Positions 1 to 12,583 of a stretch of DNA of 64,000 nt are shown piece after piece (position 1 is the first letter of the stretch; each line of letters starts with the position of its first letter). The notes under the pieces were generated by a model. That model was given only the letters and a program-made list of their open reading frames with translations. It was not told the origin of the DNA and ran no database searches. The stretch lies in NCBI GenBank assembly GCA_009103225.1, contig RHPI01003728.1, forward strand, positions 69,719-133,718. Reading direction: 5' to 3'. The position numbers were made by a program, and so were the translations under genes. The stretch is from Chlorokybus atmophyticus. Taxonomy: Eukaryota > Plantae > Mesostigma and Chlorokybus algae.

Positions 1-720
1 TGCTGTCGTCATTGGACGCAGCAATGTTGTTGGTATGCCCGCTGCGCTTCTTCTTCAGGTAATCTCTACTTGCTGTATCCTCCCAGCATGCACGTGCAGC
101 AAGCACTTGATGGACCATGTGCACCGTGCTCATCCTGGGCCATAGAGTACGGTTGTCGGTTAGTACTGCAGAGGGATCATAACACGCATACACGAATGCC
201 AGCACAACAGCCGCTGTCGAATATGTCCAGCGCGATGCATGTGTACATAATGATCACATGTCTTGTTTGCAGAGGAGAGATGCCACTGTCACCATAGTAC
301 ACTCGCGCACTCCAAACCCAGCAGACGTAGTCAGGAAAGCAGACATTGTCATTGCAGCAGTTGGTCGTGCTGAATTGGTGAGAGGCGACTGGCTCAAGCC
401 TGGCGCTGCGGTTATTGATGTTGGTATCAACGCTGTCGATGATCCCACAAAAAAGCGCGGCTACCGATTGGTTGGTGATGTGCACTTTGACGAAGCAAAG
501 GAGGTATGGCGTCTGGCAAGCAGCACGTTGTCTTTTACAGCGTAAAAAACGCTGTAAGTCTTTGAACACTTGTAAGTGACTGTTGGCGGCGCAGGTTGCT
601 GGTGCCATCACACCTGTTCCTGGAGGTGTTGGGCCCATGACGATCGCCATGCTGCTGTTGAACACGCTACAGTCGGCGCAGCGAGTTCATGGGCTGCCCA
701 TCACTGGGTCTGCAGCATAG
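1..720 (+). CDS. FOLD: Bifunctional methylenetetrahydrofolate dehydrogenase/cyclohydrolase, 3' part (5' end lies outside the window)
   Basis: Exons <1-58, 273-503 and 595-720 splice to [32 protein letters not shown]...[30 protein letters not shown]...RLVGDVHF...[21 protein letters not shown], the canonical FolD motifs. Stop TAG at 718-720. Confidence 0.95.
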
Positions 721-1497
721 GTAGACCGCAAGTTTTGAACGGATCGTTATCTTCAAAAGTGTACTGCAGTGGACGGTGTTACTGTGCATCTGCGGCTGTG
801 TCAGATGTCGTGTGCCCTTCACAGTGGTTTCCATAAGATGTTACTTGCAGATGATGAAGTCAAACAAGCATCTGGCATGTGAGTCACAAGTCGTCACCTA
901 TGCATTTATCTAACAAGCTGTGCCGCACATGCATAGGGTATACCCAGGGGCCAACACACTCACACTCAGTACTCAAAGTGCCAAGACTTGCACCATGCAT
1001 ACGCACACGAAGCAAGGCAGTAGTACAAGCCCAAGTGATCACAAACACTGCAAGTACAGCAAGAACGGCAAGTACTGCACAGTGCCAAGGGCTGGCCCAA
1101 GCCCCTAACAACTGAGTGTGCTGACACAACAAACGACCAACACAACCAACAACCAGCAGAAGACAGCAAAGGCAGGCTGTGGCAGCGGCGCAGACAACAA
1201 CCACAGCTTGCATGATCCCCCACCTATCACAGCAGCGCCACCAGTTAGCAGTTAGCAGCTGCCAGAAGAGGGCGGTGGCAACTGAGCCACGGGAGGATAC
1301 GAGTATGCGAATTAGGAATTGCCCGCCACTGCAGTTTTGAAACGATCCGTGCTGACTCACACGACGCAAACACCAACACCAGCATATGTGTTTTTCCTAA
1401 ACACTAATATTTCAACAGAGCACAAGACAATCAGTTCGTGTCCATGCCTACACTATTACACAACTGCACGCACGTGCATGCAGTGATACAACCACGG

Positions 1498-1850
1498 TCA
1501 ACCAACCAACTTCGCCGCTCCTGCCATTGCGGCATCCTCCTCCAGCGTCGGGGCCGACTTCTGCAGCGGGATCCATCCAGGTACGGCCGCCACCGCTGCA
1601 GCTCCTCGCTCCAGCAGGGCCATGCCCTGCGCGCGCTGCAGCGCGCAGGCAACGCGCTGCCTGAATATGGCCACGAAGCCGCTCAAACACGCTGCTGGCA
1701 AACCACGCGTGTACACCGCCTGCCTGGCGCACGTGGTGATGACGTGGGTAAACGCCATCCCAAGCGTGCCGTACGTCTCGGTCGCCAAGGGGAAGACGTC
1801 GTCCGGCGGCGGGTGGTCATGATACTTTCCTCCTCTTCACCATCTCTACC
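1498..1850 (-). mobile_element. Decayed 3' fragment of a non-LTR retrotransposon with restriction-like endonuclease (CRE/R2/NeSL-like C-terminus)
   Basis: Minus strand reads E-MVKRRK(frameshift)YHDHPPPDDVFPLATETYGTLG...FRQRVACALQRAQGMALL. This matches the RLE C-terminal pattern K..KY / F.PLA.ET.G / QR.S.ALQR. It has no introns, one frameshift near 1822 and stops upstream. Confidence 0.7.
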
Positions 1851-2439
1851 ATCTGCAGGTTTCCATGCTACCCTCTATTGTACACTGCATTGCTTGCCCG
1901 GGTTGCTCTCGTATTCAAAACAAAAATCTCTTTTAAGTGTATATACTGACGATATCGCCTCGAGTGTATGCCTTGAGGCATGTCGCTGAGGTGTTACACC
2001 ACAGCCTGTTTGATTACACTGCAGATGCAAAAGCTCGCATCAACGTGCACATACATACCTGGACATGTCAGGCAGACTTTTGTTAGATACTTTTTACTGC
2101 CTGTAATTCAGATCATTAGAGTGCTGAGAGAGACAGGCAGTGGATTCTGGGGGATGACACAATGTTGAGCAGTCTTGTTTGCGCTTTGACATAGCTGCAA
2201 CGAATTGGGGAGCAAGCAGACGAGTTGCTTTATTTGGCCAATAATACAATGCCACAAACTAAATTGTGCTGCTGTCAAGCTAGTTCCAGTGCCTCACAAA
2301 AGGCCAGCCACGACGATTTGGCGACCTGAAGCGACCGCCACAAGCGCAATATAAATAGGACCTGCTACAATACAATCTTCAACTCAGGAAGCCACTACAC
2401 AAAATCTTAACCAAAGGTGGTGTGCATTGATGACCATCA

Positions 2440-5400
2440 TCAGTGAGGAGGAAGAGGCGTCGGGAAGGAGTTCAGAGCGTAGTTGGGAACAACCCCCCAC
2501 ATCATGTAAATGTTGTCTGCGGTAGCAAGAGTTGTTAGAGACACGGCAGCAAGGGCAGTCACGGTAGCAATCAATGACATGCAGACATAGACTCACCATT
2601 GAAGTCAAAATTGCCGCCAGTATAGTCCATGTATGCATACACTGCCTGAGGCACGATCTGGCGCTGCCAATCCCTGACCGGGAAGTACCTAAAGAATTTG
2701 CCACAGTAGGGAATGGTGGTGCACCCTTGCCAATCCACTGCCCCAGTTGTGGAGTTCGTAAGGAGCTGGATCATCAGTGTCGCATTGGTGAATACCGTGT
2801 ACTTAGTCTGCAAGCATCTCAATGTCAGCAACCACCAGTTCATGAAACCAGGCATCCGACTAAGTGATTGCAGTGCGGCAAAGTGCCATGCTCCTACATG
2901 TACCTGCAGTCCAAAAGGGTCCGTGGGGTTAATCACATTATCAAGCGGGTACAAGGCACCGGTATTAACATTGTTGCCATACGGAAGCAGGCTCTGCGTC
3001 CTGTCAGGCTTCTGGAACCAGCTCACAGGGAAGTTACGAACCACTGTTGGCGGGCTTTTGGATGGCGCATACCCAGCAGGTGTCCAGCGCGTGAAGTCAT
3101 TGCCGGTGCAGCACTGTTGTACAAGACAAGTTAGTGGCTGCACAAGTGAGCTTACGACAACTGAACCAGGACCCCTGTCGCTGTACGAGTTTGTGTTCTT
3201 GTCTATATTTAAGATATACATCAAGCAGGCATAGGTGCTGGTACCGTGTGAAATGCTGCAATCTGTTTCACGCGAACGGAACCAGTAGTCGAATTGAAGT
3301 ACTCAACCAGGAATTCTTCTCCGGACGCAAAGTATCCACTGCAGCAGATTGTGCATCAGCCACTATCGTCCATATACGTTGCACGCGACACAGTGAACAA
3401 ACAGCCTTCAGACAAACGGTAGGCAGGACTTACGCATGGCCGTTCTCTGGCGTCCCGAATTTGCCAACAGGAACGTCATCTGTGTAGAACTTCGTCGTTA
3501 TGCCGAACACCCAGGCTATCTCAACGGAGGAAGGCTCGGAGTAGTAGAACCTGGAGCATACAATACAGACTTCTCAACAACTTTGTACTGGTGCAGCCAT
3601 TGGCACAGAAAGCAATGTGAGACATGTACCTGCTGGGGTACTGAGGCCTCACGCAATACTCTCCCGTTTGCTGCCACAGACCCCTCAACACGATGGTGCT
3701 GTAAGGACCGCCGTTGACCTAAGGATGAGGTGCACAGTGAGAAAGCATGGTATGCACCTGTCAACAGTGGCGGCGCAAGTTGGCTGGCCGCCTCACCCGG
3801 ATGCTGAGAGTTCCGTTCGACTGTCCAGTCAGCCGCACGCAGTTGATATCGGTCACACCATCAGTGTAACGGATAGTGACTGTAGCAACTCCACCAGCGG
3901 GAATGGTAAAATCTTCAGGAGTCAGGAGGTCCCACGGACCAGCAAGTTCGACATGGATGGTCACAGGATTGACTGTTGCATACAAAACCAAATGAGGATG
4001 TGCATGCATGCTTGCGAGAACTGCTGCTGTAATGCTGGCGGGTCTCAAGCACACCTGTGGGATTGCTGATGGTCACGTCGGACATGTTGTGTGTGTCATG
4101 GTTGTGGTAGTTGGCCTGGAAGTTATTCTGCAGGCGCGAGTGCGCAATCCAGCCATCATCCATGACCTTCTCCGTCGAGTTGATGGAGATCGCCACTGTG
4201 CAACCGGCAGCAGGTGCCGCACCAGCGGGCACACAGCAAGGACAAACCTGCAGAAGCAGTCACGTGTCAAGTCAAAGCAATAACACCCGTGAGTTTCAGC
4301 AGACGCGCGTTAAGCTGTCTTGTATACCTCGCGGATGGAGAATAGGGTAAAGGGCACGGACAGCGCAGCACCAGTGCCCTTCGAGGCAAAAATGCCAGCA
4401 AAGGTGACAACATTGCCCGGGGTGGAGCCCGCCCACCATGTTGCGCCAGTTGCATCCAGAGACCCCGCTGATGTGGCGGCAGACGGGGAGGTTGTCCAAA
4501 ACCTGTAAGGGGTGGGAAGTTGCGTCAATGTACTCATTAACACCTTCACACATGATGTCTCTCTGACATGACAGTGTCCATGTCGTGGTTACTAGCATCC
4601 AGTGATACCTGCCGGATACTCGCTGCAAATAGGGGTCCAGTGTCAGCTCCACATTAAAGCCATTCACGAGTCCGCCAGGCAGTGGGATATTGTTGGTCTT
4701 GCCCTCCGCGATGCTCCCAGCTGACTCAACCTGAAGACAAGTATTGGTTGTTACATCACTGCTGTACTGATGTATTGCAAGGTGCTCCACACAGTCTAGT
4801 GTGTAGATACTGTATAAATACTTACCACCAGCCGCAGGAACTGCGAAGTCGCAGTGTTCACAACAGACAGCTGCACATAGTTGTCTTGGTCGCTACCAAC
4901 CCACAGGCCCGCCTGCAAATGACGTACCATTAGCAGAGGGAAGAACACCATAATGCACGTGTTGTGTAGGCATGTAGGTCCCATACCTGTCCGCTAGGGC
5001 CATCCGGAAACGAGGCAACCGCAGCTCTCACCACCAAAGGAGCGAGGAACGGTGCAACACCGATACCCATCATATTGTCAGCGTCGTTGGACCTGGATCA
5101 GAAGACACCATCAGCGATCATACATGGGCAAGGGCAACAAGGTTTTGCCATTGCAGCTTTTTGCTTACCCCGCAGCATCGCCGGCAGTGGCGGCAACCGT
5201 CAATGTAGCTGCATTCCTGTTCATTGTCAATAGGCTCGGCTTGTAGCTGCCATCGCCAGCAACGCCTGGTGCGACGTGGGTGAAGCCGGTGCCCAATCCG
5301 TTCGTGTCCTCAACTGCAGTCGGCACGACACGTGAGCACAAGTCACTTTACTTGACGGGCAACCAGGGGGTGCAGCAACACCTACCAAGGAAGGACTCGT

Positions 5401-6954
5401 TGCGCGACCAGTCATATGCTGTGGGAATTGGCACAATCACTGGGAAGCCACAGGAGATTGGGGCATCAGCATTGGTAGGACGGCATGGGTTTAGAGCCGG
5501 AGGCGGGGGAGGCGGGGGAGGCTGTGGAAGATTCAATGTGGTCAGAAAACCTCCCATTGATGCCTCCAGACAACATTGGCTACACCTGCAAAACTTACCG
5601 CCAACGCCGCAGTTCCAGTGGCATAGAAGTTCTTGAATTTGTACATGACAGTGCCAGCTGGCGCTGGGTCACGAGACTGCGTTGCGTAAATGCCACCTGC
5701 AATTTCATGCAACAGATCAGGAGGAGCGACACACACCGTCAAACACCATCCTCACATGCCAGATGCATGTGAGCCAGTCCAAATGTAGCTGCAGGTGAAG
5801 TGAGATGTGAACTGGTAGAAAGCATCAGAATGTTTACGCACCATAAGCCCAAGTGGCTCCAGTCTGCGCACTGGGATCCCAGAGTCCTGCTGGGACGCCA
5901 ACAGGGGGGAAAGAATTGGAGCGCCCATCATCGGTGGACCAGCTGCCACTGATGGTGCTGGCGTCGGGATTGACAACCAGGTTCAGAGTGATTGTTGCGC
6001 TTGCCAATGAACCGCCTGTCACCGTCGTCACCGTTTGGGCCACCGTCACACCTCCAACCTCAGCCAGAATCTGAGAGAAGTGGTCAATGATATGAGTGCC
6101 GATTGTCTTCACGTTGGTGATGCACAGCACATGAAAGCCTTGATGACTTGCAGACACGATATCCTGAATGGATATCAGTACCTGTACTCGGTAGCCAATG
6201 GTTGGCCATGAGACAACAATCAGCTTGGCGAAGTTGTCTTCGTTGAGACCAAACCAAACACCGGCCTGATCGTACGCTTTGCCATACAGCCCCGGTTGCT
6301 CAACCGCTGTTGACAATGTCACTGGTCCAACCGGTCTTGCCAAAGCATAGCCCAATTTGTTGGTCTGCAGACATGCAAGACATAAGGTGTTCCATGTAGC
6401 ATGGGACAACCATTAGGTGCGCATCAGTTTGCGGTTCCGCATCAACAACTTTGCTTGTAAAGATGGCTACCTGGTTGTTCTTGGCAGCGTCGTCTATGCC
6501 ACTGGTGCAGGTGATGCTCAGCCTGCCATAGGCAACCTTCAGATTTGCGGGGACATAACCACCGCCAGGCTGGCTGGATGTCTGTACATAGGTGAAACCT
6601 AGTGTAAAATTGTTCCTGTCCACAGTCTGCACGAAGAAAGAACAGAACAACTGTATCAGAGAACTCATTCCCACAGACAGTTTGACAAAAAAATTGCCAC
6701 CCGTAAAAGAGACCTAATGAGACACTTTGGAGTGCACGTATGCACAAGTGGGCAAGATGCCCATGAAGACCCAAGGCTTGCACACTAACCTTTCCACCTC
6801 TCGGGCTGTACCAGTTGGGTACGCCAATGCTGTACGGCACCAGAACCGGTCCGCACGCGGGACTGGGGTTTGCCTCCGGTGGGCAGGGTGACTGCGCAGC
6901 CGCTAGCGCAATGCAGCACAGAGTCACAGCCAATATCACCACCCGCCCCACCAT
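2440..6954 (-). CDS. Large secreted modular protein: signal peptide, two lectin/ConA-like repeats separated by a Pro linker, Ig-like (choice-of-anchor-D-like) segment and a bacterial-type C-terminal domain
   Basis: ATG at 6954 starts MVGRVVILAVTLCCIALAAAQ (signal peptide). More than 10 exons with GT-AG sites. Repeat 1: LGFTYVQ...QAGVWFGLNEDNFAKL. Repeat 2: GTGFTHVAP...QAGLWVGSDQDNYVQL. Then FTIPAGGVATVTIRY, SVRVKQIAAFHT and RYFPVRDW...MDYTGGNFDFN-DNIYMM. Stop TGA at 2442-2440. Confidence 0.8.
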
Positions 6955-8084
6955 TGCTGCCAGCAAATCTTGATGCAGCCTACCAATATCACCGCATCAC
7001 AACCAGGATCACCCAACCTGCGCATGCACCATGTGACGAGTCTCAGCTTTCGTACATGCCTACAAGCACAGCTAGATCGAAAGCAAATGCAAGTCACAGA
7101 TGCTTGACTGGTATGCTACCGAAGACATGAATATGTGACACGCAACGTGCCTCTGTTTCCCTGACGTCACATCTATATTGAAGCGTCGCCAGCCAAGCCA
7201 CGGTGAAACCAACATGTGCGTGTCCTAACTGCCCACTCCTAGTATTGGACCAAGTTGTACTGGGGACTGAGAGCATGCTGTGGATTGCTAAATGTGACAT
7301 ATCATGCAGTTCCGTTCAGGAGTATGCGCGGGAAAAGCAGTGGCGACCTGACACACTGATGACGCCACCATGCAGTCAACCGGCAGAGAGCGACGGACAG
7401 CATTAGGCGTGTGTCACGCAATGCAAGTTGAGCTTACCGTGCTTGACACCCTGATGCGCTGGTCTGCGCTTGACCCCTCTCCTAACACCGCAAAGCAGGC
7501 GCCACGAACCAGTTGCAAGACCCCGACAAGGTTCAACACTCGCACACTAACGCAGTCGCACTCAAACTCACAGTTTCACAAACACACGCAGCCTGACTCT
7601 ACTAGCTTGGTATGCGCCCCTGCACTCAATATGCTCTCGGCCGCAGCGCTTATGCTCCTCCTCTGTCGCACCTCCGACGTTGGCGGAGACTGCGGCGGCA
7701 GCAGAGGCGGCTCTGTCACGATCGGCCGCCGCCGCCGCGTCCACTGCCACACCACTGCGCACGGATTGCTTTGTTGTGACGCTCAAGGCTGTATAATGAA
7801 GGCTTGTTGTTCGCGAAAGGATCCACGGTCACCCTTCAGTCAAGTGGTGGCTAGTGACTCTGGTCATCCGGCTGTAAAAGCTGACCGTGGTCAATGACCC
7901 TCGTGGATCGCCTGAGCTCGGCCGGTTAGGGTTTGTGCCTCCGGTTCTGGCGGGTAAGCGATGCGATGCGTTTGTAGTCAATCTCAGGCCGAAGACAGCT
8001 TTTCGCGCGGTCCGCGGCTTACTACACGTGGGCTGTGCTGGGGTTTCTCATGAGTGGCAAATCGTTCAGATCGTCAACTCGCAT

Positions 8085-8270
8085 GCATGCGCGACGTCTG
8101 GCTTCATGAAAGGCAGACGTGACCTTGCAGTTGACAGTGCAAAAGTCATGTTGTCAATGCAAAGGGCAAGAAGGGGCCATCTGGGGCTGCATGCGCGACG
8201 TCTTTTATTACGTCACTGCAGTTAACGTGCAAAAGTCATGTTGTCGAATGCAGAGGGCAAGAAGGGCTGC
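8085..8270. repeat. Imperfect direct tandem repeat, period about 104 bp
   Basis: Two copies of gcatgcgcgacgtct...tgcagtt(g/a)ac(a)gtgcaaaagtcatgttgtc(g)aatgca(a/g)agggcaagaaggg, starting at 8085 and 8189. Confidence 0.85.
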
Positions 8271-8899
8271 AATAAGTGCAGTTGCGTGTGTTGCATAACA
8301 CGTGGTCGAGTCGAGGACGCACGCGGAGCCTTGTCAATGCAGTCTGTCATGCAAGGTCAACCGCACGCGCCGTTGCTGGCACAAGCACGCGTCAGGTCAC
8401 GCCACGGGCTAGCAGTGCGAACTGCTAGGCCGTGGCGGCCACGGCGTGGCGTGACCTGCGACTTTGCACAGTTTCTCTGTTTAGTAAAAAGGCTGGCGGC
8501 TCAAAAGTCAAGCATTGAGCAAGCCCACAACAGCTGGAAAGCGAGCTGCGCAATCAATCAACGATGCAGATAGAGATGCTGCGCGTGCTTTTGCGCCAAA
8601 GAGTGTGAGCGTTCACCGTGCTGGCGTGTGTACCGATCTCGCAGGTACTGTTTCCAGCCTGTCTGCTGCGGATTGACATGTTGGAGCAGAACAGATGGAG
8701 CAGAGTGCTGTTGATACCATACATATAGTATGTACCATTGAGAGTCATGCAAGGCAAGCGAGGCAGCACAATTTAACAGCAGAACAATTGAACTTACAAC
8801 TTAACTCACAGCAAGAACAACCTAATTGTGTGGCTGGATTATTTCACGTACATGCAGTACGTTGCGGACAATGTCAAACTCGACCATGCGCTTAAGAGG

Positions 8900-11800
8900 C
8901 GCCTAGCCAATATCTAAGCAGAGCAGCGCATATGATGAATGACTTTAAATACGCAATTAAATAATTAATATTCATATGAGGTAAACATATATTGATGTTT
9001 ACCCGTGCATGGTGCACCCTGTAAAGTATCGTGCATATCGAAAGTGATTTGTAGTGATTGCATTGGGGGAGGGGGAGGGGGCATCTTAGCGGAAGAGGGG
9101 CATTGCATTAAGTCAAAAACACTTATATTAATGAAATGAAATACGTGTCGTAATCAAATAGATATGTGACAAAACTATAAATGAACCGTAAAACAAAACT
9201 TAATGACCATAATGTGATCAAACCGTAAATGAAGTATACGACTATGATTAACGACCGTAATTATATTCGTATAATCTATGATAATCGCACAGCAAGCGTC
9301 AAGGGGCATGGTATAAAAGGAGGGGGCATAATAAATTCTACAATATGCCCTTTGAAGTTATAAGGGGAAACTATGTTCTAATTGCATGCAGTGTATTACT
9401 ATCACATATGGTAGGGCGCACTCTGAAACAATAAAATCGTATGTATGCGGATATCTGTAAGTGTGCAGTTGGCGCTTAGCTACTAAGTCATAGCAGCAAT
9501 GTATGCGGATATCTGTAAGTGTGCAATTGGCGCTTAGCTACTAAGTCATAGCAGCAAAAATGGCTGCCATATGACGACCACATGCCAATAATACATGTTG
9601 AATAAGCATATACATGACTTTAAGCCTTTAGACCGTTTACAATTACAAGCCCCCATGTCAGTTGAGCGGTCATGTTATTGCATGAGTTATGTATATGCCA
9701 GTATACACACATAACAGGTGTGCATTACTATCTCACACCTGTAGCATAATATGCTGTTACCATTAACCTTTATAACAGTTAAATGTAAGGCTATCAACTG
9801 TAATAGCCCTTTTGAACGAGTGGTGTGAGAACCTCCATACCATAAAAGTGGAGGGCTTATACAAAAAGAGGGGGCTTAACTTATATTTGGGTATCGACCA
9901 ACAATGAATATGACAACCCTTTCATGTATCATATCAAATTTATAGCGGAAACAAAAGGTTTAAAACGGCCACTTGCAATTGCAAACGATGAAATTGTAAC
10001 GTCCATATGGGGCGTCGAGCATTAAACTGTGCACTTGTAAACATATGTTGAATATTGAGTGCATGCATTTGCTGTTGGTTTGCATACACGTGATGTGAAG
10101 GGAGAAAGCCAAACTCCCCCTAAAATCCTCTACCTCAACACCCAAGCTAACGCCCCTACCCACGCCGCCGCCGTAGCTGTCTTGGTCAAGAAGTCCCGTC
10201 CCCACCACTTACGACAAGCCATGGCTTTGACCAGTCTGGCTGATATGAACTAGACAGGGTAACTGTCGTCGATATCGCCTGTAGGGACTAATAACCAAAA
10301 AGAGACTCCTATAAGAGTCTTAATGAGCATAGAGCGAGGAACCAATTGAGCTTGGCATATGATTGACCTATTAAGGTCATATACAATGATGTTAAGGTGA
10401 AAACCTCAAATAAGGGACAAGCCCTTGACACATGATAAATGTACAAGGCATGATGAGAAAATTAAAAATTGACGATGTACATTTATCTCTAAACTTATCT
10501 CTACATCCCTAGTGCTAGTGTAAAATTACGCTGATGTTGGCGTCGTATAAATGTTTATGTTAATAAAGTCAACGTGGAAGCATGCATCATACATTAAACT
10601 TAATGTATTAGGCTGAGACATTTTTAATACGTATACCACATACATATGCAAGACTTACACCGCAGCATTTAAGATATGTTGATTGTACAAATGTAAGTAA
10701 GATGTCACATTGTATTAGCTAATTTATGTGGTGTTTAACCACGCCCCGCAATAAAGCCTTCAACATTAAGTATACATGTTGCTTATGTCACTTGCAACAT
10801 ATCATTATTTTACATTAACTTAAGTTTAATCATGATTGATATTAATGTCATCAATGGCATTTGATTTGTAGCATGATCAGCTATATTCGCCATAACAACG
10901 TGAGTACCAAACAGCACAAATCTCAGGGACTGCAACACATTAACCACATAGGTCGGTATCGCTCAGTCGGCAAGGCCCCATCTTACATGCGCTCATCAGG
11001 CTATGAGTGTGACAGCCGTAGCCCGCTTTGGGTTGGTGCAATGCAAGTGGCTCTTGCGGGGTGCAGAAGCTAGAAGGTGCGACCCGCAAAAGCTTGGGGG
11101 AGAGCAAACGAGTAGAACAGAGAACATATGTATGCAATGCAGCTTTTTATCGGCCACAAATTAATTTCTTGGCACGTGTGTCCGACATGCGTTAAATATA
11201 CAACTAGCATGCAAGTTTTTGAAAAATGAACGCATATCCATGTTGCCAAACGGTAAAACTTTTCCAATCCTTGCAATTTGCCGGTGCCAGAGACATTACC
11301 GTCATCATGCTTAATTTTTCGTAATGTACAAGCGTGTAGCGATATGTGGATGCGAAGGCAGGTAATGATATACATGTATATGTAACAATCCGCAACGATA
11401 ATTCTTGTTGCCTTAGGTCATGGTTAAAGTCTTCAGCTATTTGAAGCTATAAAGCAATGGTAAAAAAGGTTATGAATTGTGCGCATGTCTGTGCCCTTTG
11501 TTTGACATGTTGTGCTTTTTGTACCAAACTGGGCAGCAAGTCAACTGCTTTTGGCATATGCTGATGGTGATCGGATGTATATTGATCAGTATTAAGCATG
11601 GTTACATTTGTACATTACAATGTGGTTGTCAATTCAACATTGGTATCGCTAATTGTGGAATAAAATTATTATTCTCATTGCTAAAAATAACATTTGTTGA
11701 AACGAATTTCTATTCACAACCGATAGCACCCATCAACTTGAGTGCATGTGGTGCTGTTGCATCTATTTGCAAGCAGTATCCTTTTGAAAAACATGCATTG

Positions 11801-11900
11801 ATGCATATGCATGTGGCGCATCGCATGTCATCAATGTTAGCATTATGCTAATGCGGCTTATCATAATAGCAATTAGTGCCATATTTGTTAATGTGATAAC
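8900..11900. other. AT-rich, gene-free island; probably old transposon-derived DNA
   Basis: Composition shifts visibly to A/T runs compared with the flanks. No recognisable protein. Contains a tandem duplication and short hairpins. Confidence 0.55.
9441..9556. repeat. 58-bp tandem duplication (2 copies, 1 mismatch)
   Basis: atgtatgcggatatctgtaagtgtgca(g/a)ttggcgcttagctactaagtcatagcagca at 9441-9498 and 9499-9556. Confidence 0.95.
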
Positions 11901-12583
11901 ACATCATGTCAACGCACCGTGTATACATAGTCACAAATGTAAGTCATACCCTGCAATTCCTTGATTGGCAGCTCAGCCCTCCCAAGGTACAGCGCCAGTC
12001 ACATGGAAGCTCCAATAGGAACTCCCACGACTTTCGCATTGTGTTAGTACCAACGTACACCCTCTCCGAGAGAGATTGCCGCTGTTTGCGTGGCGTTCCC
12101 CGCGCGTTGGTCAGAACTCCAGGCTCAGCAGTGGCATCGTCCTTCAGGCGGGCGGCGGCTGCATGCGCGTTGTCGACGCGCGAGGAGCTGCGGACAGCTG
12201 GAGTTGCATAAGGAGGAGAGAGCATGCTGCAGAGGATAGCAAGGCATGGCAGATGCCGTGTTACAGTTGACATGCTACAAATCTCATCTGTTGAGGATTG
12301 GTTGTTTGCTGCCAGTCGGCAGAATGGCAGGGTTGGTTGTCATGCTGTTTGTTTCATATCCTTGCGTCAAGCATGCTCGCAGTGCTGTGTACTTGGGTTA
12401 TCAACAGGCCCTACGCTTAGAGTTTACGAGGCTTTGGTATGTGGGTTGTCCACTGGCTCGCTCGATGATTCCAAACAATCTGCTTGCGCCTCCGACAGCA
12501 TGCAAGGTTTCTGAATAACAAGTTGGGGTTTACCATGTGAACATAGTAAGACACTGTGTTGCATGCAGTTGAGATCGTGAGCC

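Noticed and set aside
884-1369. 161-aa hydrophobic minus-strand ORF
   Set aside because: Low-complexity, no family motif and no supporting splice structure; probably UTR or intergenic.
7100-7790. Minus-strand exon-like blocks (for example a 44-nt exon ending near 7437) upstream of the secreted gene
   Set aside because: No consistent coding frame; could be 5' UTR exons but cannot be supported.
11340-11420. GNKN/IVADC, resembling the gypsy RNase H motif N.VAD.LSR
   Set aside because: Needs a frameshift, is very short, and the flanking frames are full of stops.
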